A stretch of DNA of 64,000 nt, taken from a virus. This document shows positions 39,168 through 48,105 of the stretch, piece by piece (the stretch's first letter is position 1; the number at the start of each line of letters is the position of its first letter). Under the pieces are notes generated by a model. It searched no databases. It was not told the DNA's origin and saw nothing but the letters and a program-made list of their open reading frames with translations. Location of the stretch: the IMG/VR virus record IMGVR_UViG_3300035703_000079, positions 4,011-68,010 of that record, one strand, 5' to 3'. Made by a program: the position numbers and the translations under genes.

Positions 39168-39884
39168 TTACCGACCTGCTACGATTTGAAAGTATCTATC
39201 TTTTAATGCTCTTAAATAAATATCATTGGGAATACCGTAGTTGCCTATTGCCCACATATCATTAAATTCTACAACGACATTCTCATTGCTTTCTAAAACA
39301 GCAATATCAACCGTGTAAGCACAAGGAAATTTGCCTTTATTATTAGCGATAACCGTCAAAGCATATTCATAATTTGGAGAAACTATAAACTCACCAGAGT
39401 AATTTCTTGCATCAATAAGTTTGTCCTTATGCACATATAAACGCCATTCACTAACAATCTTACTATTGAATACATCATAAGCCATTACTTTAGTTTCAGG
39501 TGGTAAATTGGATAAGCAAGAGTATTGCATACCATCAAGAATTAAACCTGTAAACAGTTTTATCTCAATTGGCTTAACAAATAACTTACTGCCATTTGCA
39601 ACTCTTTTATGAGCATCTTCAAGTGTAATTATCTCACAATCTCTATTTGAGTTTATAGGTAATCTTACGTCATCTAATCCAATTCTCTTGAAAACCTCTC
39701 TCATAAATTCAGTTGAACCTACAAATAAGCTTTTCTTGATAAGCATATCAAACTTACCACTTGCAACTTCTTCAAAAGATGTTAAACGATAATCCATAGC
39801 GTTATCAATTGCACCATATAATGCACAAGAGCAATCAAAATGATGTGCTAATGTTCTTTCTGTATTTGACTGTATATAAATCAT
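39168..39884 (-). CDS. Cassette gene, ATP-grasp protein (DUF4343/R2K-like)
   Basis: LFVKP..KLFTG, SEWRLYV, YTVDIAV and VVEFNDMWAIGNYG motifs. Confidence 0.8.
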   Translation of the reverse strand: MIYIQSNTERTLAHHFDCSCALYGAIDNAMDYRLTSFEEVASGKFDMLIKKSLFVGSTEFMREVFKRIGLDDVRLPINSNRDCEIITLEDAHKRVANGSKLFVKPIEIKLFTGLILDGMQYSCLSNLPPETKVMAYDVFNSKIVSEWRLYVHKDKLIDARNYSGEFIVSPNYEYALTVIANNKGKFPCAYTVDIAVLESNENVVVEFNDMWAIGNYGIPNDIYLRALKDRYFQIVAGR

Positions 39885-39906
39885 AATTTGTTTATTAACC
39901 CACACC

Positions 39907-40045
39907 TGCCTGTAACATCGGTTTGCCGCAAGGCGGGGTTCATTTCTTCGTTTGACATTGTGTTGTTATTTAAAAGTTAGTAATTCTAATCAAGTTCTGT
40001 GGTTAAATACCCGCCCTGACGGCAAGCCGAGAACCGTTATGGGCA
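39907..40045 (+). repeat. attC-like site 2
   Basis: tgcctgTAACatcggtttgccgcaaggcggg ... cccgccctgacggcaagccgagaaccGTTAtgggca. Confidence 0.8.
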
Positions 40046-40047
40046 AT

Positions 40048-40296
40048 TTAAAACCGACAATCAAAAAGATGGTCAATTATGTCTAACATTTCATCAAATG
40101 TTTTTGAAATTTGTAAAACTTCATCACAATCATTTGTATTATAAGCACACCATTTATTTTCCTGTTTCCTGCTATAATCATAATCAAACTCTTTTATTTC
40201 ATATCCTCGATAAATAAATAAACGATTTGCTAACAGCGGTTTTGTGCTATTGCCGTTTTGGTTAATAATTTGAACGTTGTTTTTTTCTTCAATCAT
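40048..40296 (-). CDS. Cassette gene, hypothetical protein
   Basis: Starts in the loop of site 3; NGNSTKPLLANR is encoded by the repeat arm. Confidence 0.6.
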   Translation of the reverse strand: MIEEKNNVQIINQNGNSTKPLLANRLFIYRGYEIKEFDYDYSRKQENKWCAYNTNDCDEVLQISKTFDEMLDIIDHLFDCRF

Positions 40297-40365
40297 TTGT
40301 CTTAAATTTAAAAGTTAGTGTGTGTTTTTTCGGCAACATCACAAAGCCACATAACGTTATGCACA
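40226..40365 (+). repeat. attC-like site 3
   Basis: tttgcTAACagcggttttgtgctattgccg ... cggcaacatcacaaagccacataacGTTAtgcaca. Confidence 0.8.
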
Positions 40366-40368
40366 AAG

Positions 40369-40659
40369 CTAATAAAGCGTTTCCATATCAGACGAAAAGT
40401 CTCTAACATAATCATTTATATAATCAAAATTGACCATATCTCTAAAAGGATTTTCGCTATCAAATTCTATTTTAGCACCCACCAATTGAAGTTGCTGAAC
40501 ATGAATTACGTGCATTAACAATCTGATTGCTTCGTGTTTATCCATTTTGTCAAGCAACCTTATTGTTTGGTGCATTTCTTCACAGTAGTGGATATTGTCA
40601 GCTTGAACTCCCATGTGGTTCAACCCAATTATTTGCTTGCATAATTCTTTTAATTCCAT
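40369..40659 (-). CDS. Cassette gene, hypothetical protein
   Basis: AT-rich 96-aa ORF; upstream lies a degenerate repeat half (aaacttagtgctgatagtccgcccagcac...gcgtta). Confidence 0.6.
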   Translation of the reverse strand: MELKELCKQIIGLNHMGVQADNIHYCEEMHQTIRLLDKMDKHEAIRLLMHVIHVQQLQLVGAKIEFDSENPFRDMVNFDYINDYVRDFSSDMETLY

Positions 40660-40711
40660 TTCGTTTTCAAATTAAACTTAGTGCTGATAGTCCGCCCAGC
40701 ACTTTTAGGCG

Positions 40712-40975
40712 TTAATCAATCAGTCTCTCAAAATTTGCATTTACCCAATCCCACGCTTTATTCAGGTCAGCATCCGTAACCTTATAGCCATCGGGACCGG
40801 ATACTTCAAGCGAAATAATCTGGCATTCACGCTCCATTACTCCAGCATCAAAGCCTTGTTCCCCATGGTACTCATAGGACCCAATGCCTGACATTCCGGT
40901 TTCAATCACCTCAATTTCGCCGGAAACTTCGAGGTTTAGTTCGGGGATGTAGTAGGATTCGAATTCGTGGCTCAT
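40712..40975 (-). CDS. Hypothetical protein
   Basis: GIGSYEYHG motif common in small phage proteins; ATGA-coupled. Confidence 0.6.
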   Translation of the reverse strand: MSHEFESYYIPELNLEVSGEIEVIETGMSGIGSYEYHGEQGFDAGVMERECQIISLEVSGPDGYKVTDADLNKAWDWVNANFERLID

Positions 40976-41136
40976 ACATTCTCTTCGCTTATCTCCTTAC
41001 ACAATTCAATCAAGGCCCGGGCGAACTCCTGCTCACGCTCGGACAGCGATTCGATGCCTTTGTCCCTTAGTGCCGTCTGGCAGTCCTGAAGGTCCACAAA
41101 GGTGTTCTCGAATCGGGTGTAGGTCATGTTGCTCAT
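40972..41136 (-). CDS. Small hypothetical protein
   Basis: MSNMTYTRFENTFVDLQDC; ATG at the box+47 position. Confidence 0.65.
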   Translation of the reverse strand: MSNMTYTRFENTFVDLQDCQTALRDKGIESLSEREQEFARALIELCKEISEENV

Positions 41137-41202
41137 GGGTACAAAAGTCTGGTTTTGGGGCGCCCCTATAAACTTTCTTCGACAAGTGTTACCTTTGGGT
41201 CG

Positions 41203-41439
41203 ATGAACGCCCGGTCCACATACACGAAACGAATGCAGGTGGTAGCCTACATCGCCGCCACAATCTCTCTCTGGGGCGTTATCCCTGGTTTGGGAGTGGC
41301 AAGTAAGCACTTAGGGCTTGATATTCCTGACGGGGTTGTAATGATGCTTGTAGGCGGGTTATTAACCCAATGGCAGCGACTCACCGATAAGATATTCCGG
41401 ATATTCACCGCCGGGGAGCAACAAAAAAACCCGGAGTAA
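41203..41439 (+). CDS. Small two-TM membrane protein (holin-like), transcribed alone
   Basis: TACCTTTG 5 nt before the ATG; two hydrophobic helices; terminator at 41423-41454. Confidence 0.6.
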   Translation: MNARSTYTKRMQVVAYIAATISLWGVIPGLGVASKHLGLDIPDGVVMMLVGGLLTQWQRLTDKIFRIFTAGEQQKNPE

Positions 41440-41474
41440 GCACCCCGGGCCTTTCGTGTTTGTTCAATCGTTGT

Positions 41475-41762
41475 TTATTTCTGCTTTCTCTCCTCATAAA
41501 ATCCCCTCAGCAACTCCCCATACCCCTTCAAGTCCTGAATGGTATCGGCGATCCCTTCGTGGTTGGGGGTGTGCCCCGCCTGACTTTTCCTGACCAGACT
41601 AATCAGGCGCAACACCTTCTTTACCACTTCCTGCACAATGGCCTTCTCCGGGCCTTCAATCCCTTCCGTCAGCCGGGCCGCCTCCTCGAATATCCAGAAT
41701 TTCCCCTGCCCGAAGCAATAGTCGGAGGATTTGGAGGCCAATAATTTATCAAGCTGTTCCAT
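41475..41762 (-). CDS. Nucleotide-modification-associated domain (Nmad1/DUF1599-like) protein
   Basis: KSSDY...K..RL..L...NHEGIADTIQDLKGY pattern. Confidence 0.65.
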   Translation of the reverse strand: MEQLDKLLASKSSDYCFGQGKFWIFEEAARLTEGIEGPEKAIVQEVVKKVLRLISLVRKSQAGHTPNHEGIADTIQDLKGYGELLRGFYEERKQK

Positions 41763-42093
41763 ACTTCTCGTTGAATTTTTTTGCCATTTCGTTATACATC
41801 TCCTGAAACGCCTTGGACCGTTCCTCATCTTGGTCCAATAGGTTCTCCACGATATTGAACAGGATTGTGTTCATATCGTCCTCCAGATGGGCCTTATCGC
41901 CCAACAAGCGGTCCATCGTTTTTTCCAGCTTTCGACAAGCGTTTATCGCAGCATTGGTATCTCTCCGAACCTCATGGACAAGCTGCTTGGTTGTGTCCCG
42001 CTGGATTACGTCCCCCAGAATCGAGGCGCTCTTGACGTGGAAATAAAGATGGCTGTAAAGGGCCACTTGGGCCGGGGTCATTCTCACTATCAT
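41749..42093 (-). CDS. Hypothetical protein
   Basis: 114-aa coupled ORF. Confidence 0.55.
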   Translation of the reverse strand: MIVRMTPAQVALYSHLYFHVKSASILGDVIQRDTTKQLVHEVRRDTNAAINACRKLEKTMDRLLGDKAHLEDDMNTILFNIVENLLDQDEERSKAFQEMYNEMAKKFNEKYGTA

Positions 42094-42416
42094 TGGTCAA
42101 TCAATTGTTTCACTTTTTTCTTGTACTCACCGTACCCAATCCGGGCACGAAACTTTGAATCTCTCATGTAAATCATCCGGCTTATCACGTCAATCCGGTC
42201 AATGTGCTGAATGTTTACAGCATACTCGTTATGCACCCGGAGAATTACCTCCGGGCACTTGCTCATAAAAACGCCCATGGGGCCCGCAAACGAAAAAGAG
42301 TCTATGGCCCGGGTGGTGAACACCTCCACCGTATCTCCATGGCTCACAGCCATAATGATTTCTTCCGGCAATACGTTGTAAAAAACCGGATGGGGTTGGA
42401 GGACTTTCAGGAACAT
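42090..42416 (-). CDS. Stand-alone LytTR-like DNA-binding domain protein
   Basis: LRVHNEYAVNIQHIDRI resembles the LytTR FxRxHRSYxVNxxxI motif. Confidence 0.6.
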   Translation of the reverse strand: MFLKVLQPHPVFYNVLPEEIIMAVSHGDTVEVFTTRAIDSFSFAGPMGVFMSKCPEVILRVHNEYAVNIQHIDRIDVISRMIYMRDSKFRARIGYGEYKKKVKQLIDQ

Positions 42417-42536
42417 AGCTCTCTCAATACAACAACAAAACACAACCCCGCCGGGACCGTTTCCCCGGTGACAAGGCAGGCGAGGCCGCATAGGACGATG
42501 AGCCAGAGGAGGAGGGGTTTCATGTCACAAAAGTCT

Positions 42537-43220
42537 TTATCCCTTGTCGTTTGTAGAAATCCCCTCGACAATCGGCCCGGTTTGCTCGTTGGTTGAACCG
42601 AAACCCCCGATGCGTTCGTTGGTTAAAACCGGGATGCAGGCAGGTCTTTCAACCTTTGAGAATACCCCCTGAGCAATTCGTTCTCCCCGTTTGCATCGGA
42701 ATGTATCTTCGCCCAAATTGATTAGCAGAACCTTGACCTCCAAAGCAAAATCTGCATCCACAGTCCCCGGGCTATTCAGCACGGTGATTCCATGCTTAAA
42801 AGCATTCCCGGACCTTGGTCGGATTTGCAGTTCTGTATCGGCTGGCATATTGTGAACGAAGATGCCCGTAGAAACCAGCATACGCTTCATTGGGCGCAAT
42901 TCAATGTCCTGGTTACAGGCAATATCAAACCCCGCACTTCCGCTTGTCTGGTAGGCTGGAATGAGGTCTGAGGGGTGCGTGAGGTGGAAGGGGTTTGGAT
43001 CGAAAATATCAAACTCCGGGACGTCCAACCCTTCGGCTGCAATCTCTTTATTGCCAAAACAGTCAATATAATCCGGGTATTCCATTGGTTCTTCTTTGGT
43101 CGGCAATTCCCCGCTTGACCACCAAGTATACCCATCCGCTTCCAGCATGGGGGCAATCTTGTTCCATTCTTCGTTGTTTTCCACCCGAACGGAAAAGGGT
43201 GGTTTTGGAAGTGTTTTCAT
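42537..43220 (-). CDS. dut: Trimeric dUTPase with an N-terminal extra domain
   Basis: GSAGFDI, QIRPRSG, NSPGTVDAD, GERIAQ and RIGGFGST (motifs I-V). Confidence 0.92.
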   Translation of the reverse strand: MKTLPKPPFSVRVENNEEWNKIAPMLEADGYTWWSSGELPTKEEPMEYPDYIDCFGNKEIAAEGLDVPEFDIFDPNPFHLTHPSDLIPAYQTSGSAGFDIACNQDIELRPMKRMLVSTGIFVHNMPADTELQIRPRSGNAFKHGITVLNSPGTVDADFALEVKVLLINLGEDTFRCKRGERIAQGVFSKVERPACIPVLTNERIGGFGSTNEQTGPIVEGISTNDKG

Positions 43221-43225
43221 TTTGT

Positions 43226-44503
43226 TTACTGAATTAAAACCTCTCTCCATCTGTTGTTAGCCTGATCATTCCCCTCTACCACCACCGAACGAACTCTTCG
43301 GAAAATCCGAACAGTTGTATCAGGTTTGCTGGTTGTTGCTGAGAAAACCACAACCCCATCGGCCAGAACTCTAACCGGCTGAATTGGACTGCCCCATCGG
43401 TTATTTGAAAAGAACCCGGAAACAACCCTGACCGAATTAACCCGCACCGAATCGGAATAGGCAATGGTAACGGTACTCCTTCCGGTCGTTACCCATCTGG
43501 TGTCGGTGTTCCCGTCGTTTACGTTGGATGTGGTTCCCGAATGAGTCGTGCCTGAAAATGTCCAGGTTGTTGTAATGGGCGTTGGTGGGGGTGTATTGCC
43601 GGGCGTGAAGGTCGGTAGGGTGGAGTAGAATAGGGACTGATTCAGAACCGCTACAATAGCCGGGTGAATCTTCCAGGACTGGGAGTTCCAAAAATGGCCA
43701 TAACCCATAATATCCGCTTCGTGCCGCCTGGAAGTAGTGCGGCATAGTGGGGAAGGGGTACAAGTGCGTTCTCCGGCCCAGGTTGAATCAAGTCTTCCCA
43801 ATTGTCTTCCGTTCTTATCCAGCCAAACACAACAGTTGAAAGCATGGCTCAGGCCCAAATTATGCCCGATTTCATGCACAATGTTGTATTCCAGCTTGCC
43901 GGGTGTAGTGGTGTTCCCCATCGGAACAAATCCCATACCAAGTACCGCCCATTTTGCACTGGTTACTGAACCTCTCGACAAATAAGCCGACCCGCCAATG
44001 TTTTTGCCGGAAAGTCGCAATTTGAAAATGGTAGGGTCAAGGGTTGGATATTCGGTTGTCCATGCGTACAGCATGGGTGTTGCGGCTGTGGCTCGATAGG
44101 TTTGATCGGATCGGGTCCTGATTAGGATAGAAACAATCTCCATGCGAATGCCATATCTTGGCTCACATACCCGGTTTATCAAGGCAATACGGCTACGAAT
44201 GGCCTGTTCGGCACTATCCTTATACAATGCCCGGAAAAGCGTATCAGCTTCAATGTAGAGCCTGATTACCCGGTTAGGTCGGTAGTTTGGGTCCCAGAAG
44301 TCGGGAATGCTTGCCAGTCGCATGGCAATACGTGGTTCGGCTGTGGTATCAATTTCACAGGTAGGGTTGATTTTGACCGAATCTGTGAAAGTTTGTTGGA
44401 CGGTTCGTTCGGGGGTTGGTTGGCAGCCGATAAGCAAAAAAGCCAAGCCGAAACAAGCTACCCATAACAGGGAAAAGCCAATGAATTTTACAAGATTTTT
44501 CAT
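43226..44503 (-). CDS. Lipoprotein zinc metallopeptidase (metzincin/reprolysin-like) with a C-terminal discoidin/F5-8-like domain
   Basis: Lipobox LLIGC; HEIGHNLGLSH; Met-turn DIMGY; DGNTDTRW. Confidence 0.8.
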   Translation of the reverse strand: MKNLVKFIGFSLLWVACFGLAFLLIGCQPTPERTVQQTFTDSVKINPTCEIDTTAEPRIAMRLASIPDFWDPNYRPNRVIRLYIEADTLFRALYKDSAEQAIRSRIALINRVCEPRYGIRMEIVSILIRTRSDQTYRATAATPMLYAWTTEYPTLDPTIFKLRLSGKNIGGSAYLSRGSVTSAKWAVLGMGFVPMGNTTTPGKLEYNIVHEIGHNLGLSHAFNCCVWLDKNGRQLGRLDSTWAGERTCTPSPLCRTTSRRHEADIMGYGHFWNSQSWKIHPAIVAVLNQSLFYSTLPTFTPGNTPPPTPITTTWTFSGTTHSGTTSNVNDGNTDTRWVTTGRSTVTIAYSDSVRVNSVRVVSGFFSNNRWGSPIQPVRVLADGVVVFSATTSKPDTTVRIFRRVRSVVVEGNDQANNRWREVLIQ

Positions 44504-44513
44504 GCGTGTGTGT

Positions 44514-44756
44514 TTAATTATTGTTTTTGTGTTTGACCTTTTTCCTGACGTCAGGAATTTGGTTGGTGACTTTTACCAAATCTTTCATCGCTGCCATGTA
44601 CTGCCGCACCCAATATTCCCGAATCCGGATTTCGCCCTTGATGATTTCATTGATGATGCGAATCTTTTCCTTGAAAGGCTTTTCCGGGTCTGACAAAGCT
44701 ACTTTCAACAATGGCTCGTAAGCCTTGATTTGTTTTTTGATTTCTTTTTGTGTCAT
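44514..44756 (-). CDS. Basic hypothetical protein
   Basis: 80-aa ORF in the operon. Confidence 0.5.
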   Translation of the reverse strand: MTQKEIKKQIKAYEPLLKVALSDPEKPFKEKIRIINEIIKGEIRIREYWVRQYMAAMKDLVKVTNQIPDVRKKVKHKNNN

Positions 44757-44780
44757 GGTTTTTAGATCAGTTTCCTGATG

Positions 44781-45119
44781 TCAGGAAGGTGATGTTTGCC
44801 CTTGCTCAGGATCGGCGGGTTTGTGAATAATGCTTTCAACTGCCGGGCGAATAAAATCAACAAATTCGCTACGATTGGCAAGAATTTTTTGCCAGTCCAA
44901 AAGTCGGTTAATCAACCCGGCCAAACTTTCTTCCGTAAGCAAAAAACGAATATCAGCAATCGGGCCCGGTTCAGTAATTAGTTCCTCGTTTTCAATTTTG
45001 TACGCCTTCCCGTCTCGGTAGGCAATGACAAGCTCGATAAACGGCATTAAACTGTTTTGGCCAGTTGGGTCAAGGTCGGCAAACCGGAAATTTGCCCGTA
45101 CGTCGGTTAGTGTTTTCAT
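44781..45119 (-). CDS. Hypothetical protein
   Basis: 112-aa ORF in the operon. Confidence 0.55.
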   Translation of the reverse strand: MKTLTDVRANFRFADLDPTGQNSLMPFIELVIAYRDGKAYKIENEELITEPGPIADIRFLLTEESLAGLINRLLDWQKILANRSEFVDFIRPAVESIIHKPADPEQGQTSPS

Positions 45120-45291
45120 TCTTCTTTCAGGATAAGTGCAAAAGTTTCTTGGTCTTCCCGGCCCTCTAAATAAACGGGGTCAATGGTAACGCTATTTACA
45201 AGCCCGTAGCGTTCTTCGGTAAGTCGTCTATCCATATACACCTCCATTTCGTTCGGAAGGTCTTGGATGGCTCTTTTGAGGTCTTGGATGG

Positions 45292-45720
45292 TCATAGCGG
45301 GTCAGCGGTAAATTCGAGTTCGGTTCCGTATATCCCAAATACAGTGTTTTGAAGCACATGAACATGGCTCGGTTTCACAATGAAAGCGTCGCCCTTGACA
45401 CCCATTGAAAACCCTTCTACCTCTGGGTGTTCCCATACCTGAACCAACATAAAATTTACATGCTTCCAAAACATTCCAAGTTTCACAAACCCCGCCCTTC
45501 TCAGCCACGTCTCGTCGAGTGGGATGGGTTCCAATTCATCCAGACAAACCCAGAATGAATCCGGGGGGTTGATTTCAACAATCCATTTGTCCTTAAATCG
45601 GTCAGGCGTTGGTTCTGGCTGTCGGATGCTTACAACCTTGTTGTACGCCCCGTTGTAAAGGATTCCAGACCCAATTCGTAATTCGTTTGCGTTCATTTCG
45701 TTTTGTTCGGATGGGTTCAT
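45292..45720 (-). CDS. Hypothetical protein of the NELRIG...EPIPL.E.WL..GF family
   Basis: ANELRIG, LEPIPLDETWLRRAGF and HVHVLQN motifs recurrent in Bacteroidota phages. Confidence 0.65.
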   Translation of the reverse strand: MNPSEQNEMNANELRIGSGILYNGAYNKVVSIRQPEPTPDRFKDKWIVEINPPDSFWVCLDELEPIPLDETWLRRAGFVKLGMFWKHVNFMLVQVWEHPEVEGFSMGVKGDAFIVKPSHVHVLQNTVFGIYGTELEFTADPL

Positions 45721-45956
45721 GGCTTTATCCATCTGACCTTGTAGTGTTCACACATCATTTCAAAATGAGCCTTGCTGCTGTTTTCGTGAAAGGACACGGG
45801 ATTTTTTGAGTCAATCCAATAGCCTTCTTTTTTGAAAATCAATGCTGGCGAATCGTGGTTTTCTTTGTATTCACAAATTCCAGCAATCGCCGTCTCATCC
45901 TGAATCAAATCAAACAGTTCGGCGTAATCGGTGGAAAGGGTGTAGGGGGTTTTCAT
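45717..45956 (-). CDS. Hypothetical protein
   Basis: ATGA-coupled ORF. Confidence 0.55.
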   Translation of the reverse strand: MKTPYTLSTDYAELFDLIQDETAIAGICEYKENHDSPALIFKKEGYWIDSKNPVSFHENSSKAHFEMMCEHYKVRWIKP

Positions 45957-46231
45957 TTTAGCTCTGGGAATAATCTGTTTACAATCATAACATAGGCATA
46001 GAACGAGTCTTTACGGACCATCATTTCGTAAAACACATATCCCACTCCGTTAATAACCCTTTTGAAGTCATATTTTGCAGTTGCCGGATATGCTCGAATT
46101 TGGCGAATCAATACGGCTTCATCTGCATTTACTCCTTTCATAACGCCAACAATATGCAATGCCCGACCTGTCTTTTCTCCGGTCTCAAGATTGATTATGT
46201 CGTTTTTAAAACTTTGATAAAATACTTTCAT
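45953..46231 (-). CDS. Hypothetical protein
   Basis: ATGA-coupled ORF. Confidence 0.5.
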   Translation of the reverse strand: MKVFYQSFKNDIINLETGEKTGRALHIVGVMKGVNADEAVLIRQIRAYPATAKYDFKRVINGVGYVFYEMMVRKDSFYAYVMIVNRLFPELK

Positions 46232-46500
46232 GGTTTTCTGGTTTTGATTCGGAAGCAAGCAACATATTGTCCATTGTCAGACATTAACAAAACATGATCC
46301 ATCCGATAGGAATAGAGAAGCACCCCATATTCTGAAACTACGGCATCTTTTTCATCCATTGGCGCAGGAACAACCGCCCCGCACTCCCTCACATTCCTTT
46401 CGTAAGTCTCCGGTTCATTGGCCCGGATATGCTCAAGCACTCGAATCAATTGGTCTCGATTCGGCTGGTTGGCTGGGATTTGGTTGTATGGATTATTCAT
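46228..46500 (-). CDS. Hypothetical protein
   Basis: ATGA-coupled ORF. Confidence 0.55.
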   Translation of the reverse strand: MNNPYNQIPANQPNRDQLIRVLEHIRANEPETYERNVRECGAVVPAPMDEKDAVVSEYGVLLYSYRMDHVLLMSDNGQYVACFRIKTRKP

Positions 46501-46694
46501 GGCTTAATCGTAGTTAAATACGGGGTCCTATCAATCTCTGGCTGACCAAATTGATTGTACTCCAATGGCATAATCACGACAAAAAAATCCTCCCCAATCC
46601 CTCCCTTTGAGTAATTCGACCAACTCAGGCCACTCCTGTTCATTCAGAGCAATCCGCTCCCGGCGCAATTGCTCTCGTTTTGTTTCGATGAATT

Positions 46695-47027
46695 TCATGT
46701 CATTCCAATTAAATTGTTGAAACATCCCTCGCAATACCCCTCGTGGAGAACCTCTGGGGCCTTTCCGCAGGATTTGCAGAGGGAGTCTTTTATGTTTTGC
46801 AGGAAGTATCTCAGGAGTATCGCCGTGTATTCCTCGGCTTCTTCCCGAGAGGGCGCAACATGGGTTCGGGCACGATAGTGGGAATTGTATGAAAGACCCC
46901 CCTTAAACGGGTTATCGGAGAGAGATATATTCACCCCATGTTCCTCCCACGCCCATTCCCGGAATTGCTCCCACGTGGTTCCCGGGAACCCGATGGATTG
47001 CGCAAGGGATAGTGCTTCGTTGTTCAT
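46695..47027 (-). CDS. Hypothetical protein with C-terminal CxxC...CxxC
   Basis: ATG 46 nt after a GTCGAGAAA box. Confidence 0.6.
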   Translation of the reverse strand: MNNEALSLAQSIGFPGTTWEQFREWAWEEHGVNISLSDNPFKGGLSYNSHYRARTHVAPSREEAEEYTAILLRYFLQNIKDSLCKSCGKAPEVLHEGYCEGCFNNLIGMT

Positions 47028-47223
47028 GCTGCAAATCTGCCCAATCCCGGGGCTGCCAGCATTTTTTCTCGACCAAACTTTCGAATTTTCGGACAAAATT
47101 GTGTTTTCAAGGGAATATTCCATAAGGAATAACGCAGAATACTCCAAAAGGTCCTATAATCCGGGGTAAATCCCCTCAGTTGCACCGAGCCTTTGTATCG
47201 CTTTTTATTTCCCCCGTTCATTA

Positions 47224-48105
47224 TCAGCCATTTACCCGATGTCTGTTCCTTTTTAGTTCAACTTTCGGCAACACTTTGTCGGCCATGCGAAGCACGTCTT
47301 TTCCCTGATAAGTGGTGAGACAATGCCCTTCTTCGGGGTAAAGCAGAAAGAAAACAGATTTGTCCATGCCTTCCGGGAGTTTCTTGAAGCGTTTGTAATG
47401 CTCCAGAAGATTATGCCCTTTCGCTTGTCGCTTCATCCGGGAAGCAAACATTCTGCTTCGACCAAATGGGGCACAAAGGAGGGAACATGAGACAGCGTTA
47501 TATTCTGCGTAAGAGGAAACAAAAGGAGAATGAAAGTCGGCACCAATAGCAACACTTCTTCTTATTTCTTTTGATTTCTCTTCCGTCCGAATGATTTTGT
47601 TTATGCGTCGCCTTGCGTTATCTGCAAGCAACTTGTAGGACTCCAAGGTGTGTCCCAGAGATGGCAACGCTTGTTTGAGTTTTTCTTCTTTCCGGGCTTC
47701 CCCCAATTTTCTGTCCATGTGTTTCGCTTCAGCAGCAAAAACCAGAGACTTGAAATGGGCGGCACTTTCGATGTTGTCCGGAAGGACAATGGAAGTGCTT
47801 GTGTAAAGTTTTTTTCGACTTGCAATTTTTCTCAGGCTCACAACCCACCACCTTCCGAATTTCTTATACATAAATCCGGCCTCTACAAGGGCGCATCGGT
47901 ATTTCCGGAATTGGGAATAGGACATTCCCAGAGAAGTGGCTATAAGTCGATTGTGGGCCTCTGAGCCGTCCCAGTTTCCGCCTTTGTATGTTTTCCAGAG
48001 GGGGATGTAAACAAGAGGAACTGCCCGCTGTAAACGCACGTTTCTTTCCCGGAATATTTCCGTTGCTAAGTGGAGAGGAAAGAAGCGGTGTTGTGTGTTG
48101 TCCAT
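47224..48105 (-). CDS. Basic putative DNA-binding protein (wHTH-like N-terminus)
   Basis: IATSLGMSYSQFRKYRCALVEAGF helix-turn-helix-like segment; structured leader upstream. Confidence 0.5.
   Translation of the reverse strand: MDNTQHRFFPLHLATEIFRERNVRLQRAVPLVYIPLWKTYKGGNWDGSEAHNRLIATSLGMSYSQFRKYRCALVEAGFMYKKFGRWWVVSLRKIASRKKLYTSTSIVLPDNIESAAHFKSLVFAAEAKHMDRKLGEARKEEKLKQALPSLGHTLESYKLLADNARRRINKIIRTEEKSKEIRRSVAIGADFHSPFVSSYAEYNAVSCSLLCAPFGRSRMFASRMKRQAKGHNLLEHYKRFKKLPEGMDKSVFFLLYPEEGHCLTTYQGKDVLRMADKVLPKVELKRNRHRVNG

Larger units (their letters stand above)
38782..40714. mobile_element. Array of integron-like gene cassettes bounded by attC-like repeats, with no integrase in the window
   Basis: Three ~135-140 bp imperfect palindromes of the form TAAC...GTTA; complementary cassette ends; visibly AT-richer than the flanks. 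Confidence 0.7.

Noticed and set aside
38782-40714. CRISPR array interpretation of the repeats
   Set aside because: The repeats are ~140 bp, divergent and separated by whole genes; no cas genes are present.
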